Shown: positions 59,405 to 64,000 of the stretch, piece after piece
Layout of the letters: the number at the start of each line of letters is the position of its first letter
Position numbering within the stretch: position 1 is the first letter of the stretch
Virus record (IMG/VR): IMGVR_UViG_3300031784_000003
DNA length: 64,000 nt
Origin: a virus
Lineage: Duplodnaviria; Caudoviricetes
Direction: 5' to 3' (one strand)
The notes under the pieces: generated by a model
Databases searched by the model: none
Told to the model about the DNA's origin: nothing
What the model saw: only the letters and a program-made list of their open reading frames with translations
Position numbers and translations under genes: made by a program

Positions 59405-59478
59405 GGTCAGATGCCTGAGTGGTTTAAAGGGGTAGTCTGCAAAACTATTTTTCGGGGGTTCGAATCCCTCTCTGACCT
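59405..59478 (+). tRNA. tRNA-Cys(GCA)
   Basis: GTAGT-CTGCAAA-ACTAT; U73. Confidence 0.92.
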
Positions 59479-59494
59479 CATAAATAAAAAAAAT

Positions 59495-59540
59495 TAAAAA
59501 AATATTTTTAAAATATTGACTTTTTAGATAAACTTTTGTA
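59495..59540 (+). promoter_or_regulatory. Promoter of tRNA operon 2 (46-bp repeat, copy 2)
   Basis: Identical to 58041..58086; followed by Bacteroidota -7 element TAACTTTG. Confidence 0.8.
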
Positions 59541-59578
59541 ACTTTGTGTATATTTAATTAAAAACGAAATAAAATTCA

Positions 59579-59677
59579 GTGAAAACTACAATGACATACA
59601 GATTAGAGGTTGCTAAGGCAAAAATGGATGGGGCGGATTCGCTTCTACCAAATCTTAGGGTATATCATTATAGTTAA
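59579..59677 (+). CDS. Attenuator leader peptide 2 (MKTTMTYRLEVAKAKMDGADSLLPNLRVYHYS)
   Basis: 32-codon GTG-start ORF in the same cagtgaaaa context as leader 1; codons match operon 2 tRNAs. Confidence 0.75.
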   Translation: MKTTMTYRLEVAKAKMDGADSLLPNLRVYHYS

Positions 59678-59706
59678 TCAAAAAAATTTAAAATACTATA
59701 TTATGG

Positions 59707-59740
59707 AAACCCTAAGTGAAAACTTAGGGTTTTTTGTTTT
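59707..59740 (+). terminator. Attenuator terminator 2
   Basis: AAACCCTAAGT-gaaa-ACTTAGGGTTT plus U tract; competing CTTAGGGT at 59654..59661. Confidence 0.88.
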
Positions 59741-59741
59741 T

Positions 59742-59755
59742 AGTTCTTTGACATA
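59742..59755 (+). promoter_or_regulatory. boxA-like element
   Basis: AGTTCTTTGACATA immediately after terminator 2. Confidence 0.6.
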
Positions 59756-59766
59756 TTAAAAAAAAT

Positions 59767-59852
59767 GGAAGAGTGGCAGAGTTGGTTTATTGCACCTGTC
59801 TTGAAAATAGGAGTACTTAACGGTACCGTAGGTTCGAATCCTACCTCTTCCT
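59767..59852 (+). tRNA. tRNA-Ser(TGA)
   Basis: CCTGT-CTTGAAA-ATAGG; long variable arm. Confidence 0.92.
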
Positions 59853-59855
59853 CAA

Positions 59856-59999
59856 AATGATAATAAAGGGATTGTTTCTGCAACAATTATTTTAGCCTTT
59901 TAAGCTCGGGGTCGTAGGTTCGAATCCTACCTGAGGACATTTATTGTCTTCAGTAGCTTAGTGGTAGAGCACGTATACAACCCAATCCTGATTATCATT
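59856..59999 (+). ncRNA. YrlA-like Y RNA (circularly permuted tRNA mimic)
   Basis: Closing stems AATGATAAT/ATTATCATT and GGGATTG/CAATCCT; T-arm precedes loop-closed acceptor stem CTGAGGAC/GTCTTCAG, then D-arm. Confidence 0.8.
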
Positions 60000-60004
60000 T
60001 ATTA

Positions 60005-60080
60005 GGTCCATTGGTGTAATGGTTTAACATACATCACTGTCTATGATGTGCTGAGAGTTCGATTCTCTCATGGACCGCCA
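60005..60080 (+). tRNA. tRNA-Asp(GTC)
   Basis: Cloverleaf with CCA. Confidence 0.93.
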
Positions 60081-60081
60081 C

Positions 60082-60154
60082 AGTCTCTTAACTCAGTTGG
60101 TAGAGTGCTTGTTTTACATGCAAGATGTCGTAGGTTCGAATCCTACAGAGACTA
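60082..60154 (+). tRNA. tRNA-Val(TAC)
   Basis: CTTGT-TTTACAT-GCAAG. Confidence 0.92.
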
Positions 60155-60162
60155 CTAAATAC

Positions 60163-60236
60163 CGCCCGTTGGACAAGTGGTTTAAGTCGTTTCCCTTTCA
60201 CGGAAAAGATCATGGGTTCGAATCCCATACGGGTGA
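60163..60236 (+). tRNA. tRNA-Glu(TTC)
   Basis: TTTCC-CTTTCAC-GGAAA. Confidence 0.92.
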
Positions 60237-60242
60237 CTATTA

Positions 60243-60314
60243 GGTTTTGTAGTTTAGTCGGTAAAACTCTTGATTTGTAATCAAGTGTCCTCAGTTCGAA
60301 TCTGAGCGAAACCT
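60243..60314 (+). tRNA. tRNA-Thr(TGT)
   Basis: CTTGA-TTTGTAA-TCAAG. Confidence 0.9.
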
Positions 60315-60320
60315 CAACAA

Positions 60321-60395
60321 TCCTTCGTAGCTCAGTTGGTTTAGAGCAGTACACTTTTAATGTACGGGTCACAGGTTCGATTCCTGTCGGGGGAA
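60321..60395 (+). tRNA. tRNA-Lys(TTT)
   Basis: GTACA-CTTTTAA-TGTAC. Confidence 0.93.
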
Positions 60396-60429
60396 CTTAA
60401 ATATACCGAATTCGGTGTAATTAAAAAAT

Positions 60430-60507
60430 AGCGGGGTAGACTGGAGGTGGTTCCAGCTCGGTCTCATAAGCCGAATTACGTGGGTTCGAGTCCCATCCCC
60501 GCAACCA
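60430..60507 (+). tRNA. tRNA-Met(CAT), initiator-like
   Basis: TCGGT-CTCATAA-GCCGA; unpaired A1:A72; CCA encoded. Confidence 0.85.
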
Positions 60508-60510
60508 ATT

Positions 60511-60584
60511 GGGTCATTGGTGAAGATGGCTATCACACCTGATTTGCACTCAGGAGTCCTCGGTTCGATGCCGAGATGTATCCA
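60511..60584 (+). tRNA. tRNA-Ala(TGC) with bulged acceptor stem
   Basis: CCTGA-TTTGCAC-TCAGG; G3:U70 present; one extra T in the 3' acceptor strand. Confidence 0.8.
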
Positions 60585-60750
60585 CTAATAATAAAAATAA
60601 AAATAAAAAGTATGAAAGAAGTAATGTCTGGGACAATTAAGTCCTCAAAGGAAAATTTTAATATGTTGAGACATAGAAAAAATTCAATCGATTTAAGTAA
60701 GTTGGTAGAATTTATTAAATTTAAAAAGATTAGGAAAAAATAATCTTAAT

Positions 60751-60823
60751 GCAGGTATCGTATAGTGGTTTATTATGTCTGACTTCCAATCAGAGGACGA
60801 GAGTTCGATTCTCTCTACCTGCT
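60751..60823 (+). tRNA. tRNA-Gly(TCC)
   Basis: TCTGA-CTTCCAA-TCAGA; U73. Confidence 0.92.
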
Positions 60824-60829
60824 CAAAAT

Positions 60830-60904
60830 GCCAAAGTGACGGGAAATGGTATACCTCTTTGTCTTAGAAACAAAGGTTTGTGAGTTCGAATCTCACCTTT
60901 GGTA
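60830..60904 (+). tRNA. tRNA-Leu(TAG) with short variable loop
   Basis: TTTGT-CTTAGAA-ACAAA; 5-nt variable region GGTTT. Confidence 0.8.
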
Positions 60905-61134
60905 CAATTATTATTAAAATATTTGTTTTTTAATTTAATAGTTTTTATATTTGTTAAAAAAATATTATGGGAATACCTCAAATCACTTTAATTTTATTAT
61001 TTTCTTTAAGTTTATTAGCTGCAGCTCATTTGCACGGTAAAGAAAGAACCCCACATAACTTTTGGGTTACATTTATTGCAGTCATCATCGAAGTATCTAT
61101 TTTAATATGGGGTGGGTTTTTTTAAATTAGTATT

Positions 61135-61488
61135 ATGAGTAAAAGAACTATAGAGGATGTAGAAAGAGAACTTTATATGGCACAATTCAGAGTTAAAAAA
61201 TGTCAATATAATGATCACCTTTATGATATGGAAAAATGGGAATATGAAGTTGAAATTCTTAAAGATGAATTAAAAAATATGAAAATGGAACAAACACCAG
61301 TAGAATGGTTTTTTAAACAACTTACAGAGGTTGATTATGGATGTATAAACAAAACATTCTTACAAAACAATAACAGTTTAGCGGGCCATAAGTTGAGAGA
61401 ACTTCTTGAACAAGCCAAAGAAATGGAAAAAGAAAGATTAGAATCTCTTAAAGATTTTGATAATTGGAAAGAATGGAAAAACTCATAA
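61135..61488 (+). CDS. Hypothetical protein
   Basis: 117-aa ORF; QTPVEWF and LLEQAKEMEKE motifs. Confidence 0.55.
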   Translation: MSKRTIEDVERELYMAQFRVKKCQYNDHLYDMEKWEYEVEILKDELKNMKMEQTPVEWFFKQLTEVDYGCINKTFLQNNNSLAGHKLRELLEQAKEMEKERLESLKDFDNWKEWKNS

Positions 61489-61643
61489 TAATATGTCATA
61501 CTATAGAATCAAAATTAGAATGGATTAAAGAAGATGGTAAAGATTGGTTAGAACCATTTGTTGAAGCGGTATATAAAGTTTGGGACAAATTTAACATCCA
61601 ATATGTGAGATATTCTTGGTGATATTAAAAACTTTTAGTATAT

Positions 61644-61910
61644 TTGTATTATGAAAAATTGAAACCAATGGCAAAAATAAGTAAATTAGCACAAAGACAA
61701 GTTGTATCAAATCATCACGATATTCATGTTGGATTGACTGGTGACATCGGTTACATATCAATAACTGATAACGGATTGTACCCAGATAATGATAGCAGAA
61801 CACATAGACGTGATTTGAACTTTCATACAATGATGGTTCCTCTCATGACCAGACAACAACTCAAAGATTTGAAAATAGCAATTGAAGAAGTCTTAAAAAA
61901 TTCTAAATGA
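61644..61910 (+). CDS. Hypothetical protein
   Basis: ORF; ATG of MAKISK is the likelier start. Confidence 0.5.
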   Translation: MYYEKLKPMAKISKLAQRQVVSNHHDIHVGLTGDIGYISITDNGLYPDNDSRTHRRDLNFHTMMVPLMTRQQLKDLKIAIEEVLKNSK

Positions 61911-62185
61911 TTATGAGTACGAATAAACGAATAAAAGAAACTTTTGAAAAGTTAGGTAAAGATTTGATTATATCTAAACAAGGATGTGATACAAAAAAGA
62001 TGTTGGAGAACATCAAAAATAAAGTAGAGATAAAAAAAATTGTTGCAGAAATAATTGACACACTAACAGTATCTTCTATTATGGTAGATGCGTGGTGGAT
62101 GGATTTAAGTGATGAACAAGAACAAGAAGTTTACAACAAATTAGAAGAAATTATTACTAGAAGAATTGGTAAAATGAAGATTTAA
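61907..62185 (+). CDS. Hypothetical protein
   Basis: 92-aa ORF. Confidence 0.5.
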   Translation: MIMSTNKRIKETFEKLGKDLIISKQGCDTKKMLENIKNKVEIKKIVAEIIDTLTVSSIMVDAWWMDLSDEQEQEVYNKLEEIITRRIGKMKI

Positions 62186-62213
62186 TAATAATTTTATTAA
62201 AAAATAAATTTAA

Positions 62214-62906
62214 ATGAAGAAAAAAATTACTTTTATTAGCGATACCCACACCAAACACGAAAAACTAAATAGTTTTTTACCTGGTGGAGACATCCTTATT
62301 TGTGGGGGTGATATTAGTAGTAGAGGTTATGTCTCAGAAATAGAAAACTTTTTAAAATGGTTTGATAATATAGATAATTACGATTTTAAAATTTTTATCG
62401 CAGGAAATCACGATTTTGGGTTTCAAGATGATTATGAAAAAATTATGGGGTTATTAACTGGTTACAAAAATATCGATTATCTTCAGGATGAAAAAATGGA
62501 ACTTTGGGACGATGAAGATATGCAGTTGATTGTATATGGATCCCCTTGGCAACCTGAATTTCATAATTGGGCATTTAATTTACCTAGAGGTGAGAAAATA
62601 AAAGAAAAATGGGATATGATTCCACACAATACAGATATTTTAATTACTCACGGCCCACCATACGGTAAATTAGACTATGTAAATTATGACAACATCAATG
62701 TTGGTTGCGAAGAACTATTAAAAGTTGTGGAGGATATAAAACCTAAAATACATGTGTTTGGACATATTCATGAAGGGTTTGGTTATGTTTTTGACGGTAA
62801 CACACATTATATTAATGCGGCAGTATTAAATGGTAGATATGAATTTAGAAATAAACCAGTAAATGTTGAGTGGGACATGATAACTAACGAAATACAATTT
62901 TTATGA
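62214..62906 (+). CDS. Calcineurin-like metallophosphoesterase (MPPED-like)
   Basis: ISDTH, GGDIS, AGNHD, ITHGPP, FGHIHE. Confidence 0.9.
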   Translation: MKKKITFISDTHTKHEKLNSFLPGGDILICGGDISSRGYVSEIENFLKWFDNIDNYDFKIFIAGNHDFGFQDDYEKIMGLLTGYKNIDYLQDEKMELWDDEDMQLIVYGSPWQPEFHNWAFNLPRGEKIKEKWDMIPHNTDILITHGPPYGKLDYVNYDNINVGCEELLKVVEDIKPKIHVFGHIHEGFGYVFDGNTHYINAAVLNGRYEFRNKPVNVEWDMITNEIQFL

Positions 62907-63211
62907 AATCCATAAGACAAATTTTTAAAACTAACGATTCACTTATGGAAGAACCTGAGGTTTCAGAATTAATTGATTATTGTAAAGATTTAGAAGATGA
63001 AGTTGTAGAATGTATCCAAAAAAATGATCAGACAATAGTTTTAAAACAACTAATTTCAGAAATTAGTAAAAGTTGTTATGAATTAATTGAGGAAGATAAA
63101 AAGTCTGAACGATGGGAACATGATTTTGAAAAGATTGACTTTAAAAAATCTATAATTAATTTAAGAGAATATATAATAAAATATTGTTTAGATAATAAAA
63201 TAAAATTATGA
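62903..63211 (+). CDS. Hypothetical protein
   Basis: 102-aa ORF overlapping both neighbours by 4 nt. Confidence 0.55.
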   Translation: MKSIRQIFKTNDSLMEEPEVSELIDYCKDLEDEVVECIQKNDQTIVLKQLISEISKSCYELIEEDKKSERWEHDFEKIDFKKSIINLREYIIKYCLDNKIKL

Positions 63212-63645
63212 TAAAGTATAGAATATATTTGGATGACATAAGAACTCCAGTGAGTCCTAATAACGAATGGGTTGAAGGTGTTGAAGAATGGACAGTTGTT
63301 CGTTCATATGATGAATTCGTTCAAAAAGTAAATTCGGTAGGGTTAGAAAATATTGAAATAATTTCGTTGGATCACGATTTGGGTGATACTGCGATGAACG
63401 AGTGGTTATATGGTGTAACTAAAAACTACTCAATTAATTATGATAATATTACCGAAAAGACTGGTTACGACTGTGCTAAATGGTTAGTTAATGAGTGGAT
63501 GGATGGTAAACCAGTTGTTAGGGTAGTAACACATTCGGCAAATGCAATCGGTAGTGCCAACATTATGGGTTATGTAAATAATTATTTACACTTAAATCGT
63601 TTACCGCAAAATTGTGTAAGAGTACAAATAGAACATACAGTTTAA
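63208..63645 (+). CDS. Cyclic-phosphate-processing receiver-like domain protein
   Basis: IYLDDIRTP, ISLDHDLG, TGYDCAKWL, THSAN. Confidence 0.78.
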   Translation: MIKYRIYLDDIRTPVSPNNEWVEGVEEWTVVRSYDEFVQKVNSVGLENIEIISLDHDLGDTAMNEWLYGVTKNYSINYDNITEKTGYDCAKWLVNEWMDGKPVVRVVTHSANAIGSANIMGYVNNYLHLNRLPQNCVRVQIEHTV

Positions 63646-63646
63646 T

Positions 63647-64000
63647 ATGAAAGTAATATTTTTAGATCACGATGGTGTGATATGTTTATCTGATCAGTGG
63701 GGTGGTCGTTATAAGAAAAAAGGATTTAACTCTAATCCTGAAACCCCTTTAGATATTAGAATGGATAATTTTGACACTAAGGCAGTTAAAGTTCTTAATA
63801 AAATTATTGAGGAAACTGGTTGTGAGTTGGTTATTAGTTCAGATTGGAAGAGATGGGGAACGTTAGAACAAATGAAGGAAATGTATGTGACTAGAGGTAT
63901 TAAACCACCGATAGATCTAACACCAATGATACAAGAATGTACGGTACATAGTGATACATTTATATGGTCACCTATGTGGGAGTTGGAACAAACCAGATCA
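63647..64000 (+). CDS. HAD-superfamily phosphatase (RNA-repair SAK-type), 3'-truncated
   Basis: MKVIFLDHDGVI, LNKIIEETGCELVISSDWK; runs off the window end. Confidence 0.78.
   Translation, partial: MKVIFLDHDGVICLSDQWGGRYKKKGFNSNPETPLDIRMDNFDTKAVKVLNKIIEETGCELVISSDWKRWGTLEQMKEMYVTRGIKPPIDLTPMIQECTVHSDTFIWSPMWELEQTRS

Noticed and set aside
60403-60418. Palindrome ATACCGAATTCGGTGT
   Set aside because: It is a single short hairpin in a tRNA spacer with no second copy.
1-64000. Stop-codon reassignment or suppressor tRNA, as seen in some jumbo phages
   Set aside because: Code 11 gives long intact ORFs covering the window, genes end at TAA or TAG without fragmentation, and no CTA, TTA or TCA anticodon tRNA is present.

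Overview
This is a strongly AT-rich, densely coding segment of a very large tailed dsDNA phage, probably a jumbo myovirus, using genetic code 11. The host is probably Bacteroidota, based on TTG...TAnnTTTG promoters, no Shine-Dalgarno sites, Bacteroidota-type boxA motifs and an Hc1-like protein. Layout: 1-17.2 kb baseplate/tail genes; 17.2-27.3 kb RuvC-like resolvase, primase, exonuclease, SbcD/SbcC and a sigma-70 factor; 27.4-43.7 kb lysis genes and candidate internal head proteins; 44-58 kb accessory genes (TROVE-like vWA protein with structured RNAs, DnaJ, two DNA methyltransferases, tmRNA, HNH nuclease); 58.0-60.9 kb 22 tRNAs in two operons; 62-64 kb RNA end-healing genes. The main finding is that each tRNA operon has the same leader layout: an identical 46-bp promoter, a short leader ORF and a terminator/antiterminator attenuator. 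Each leader is built from the codons read by the tRNAs of its own operon (11 of 12 and 10 of 10 tRNAs represented). This suggests a sensor that switches on phage tRNAs when host tRNAs are destroyed or depleted. Y-RNA-like RNAs carrying anticodon-loop mimics, a Ro60/TROVE-like protein, a tmRNA with an atypical tag and cyclic-phosphate processing enzymes accompany it. All calls were made by eye and no database searches were run.
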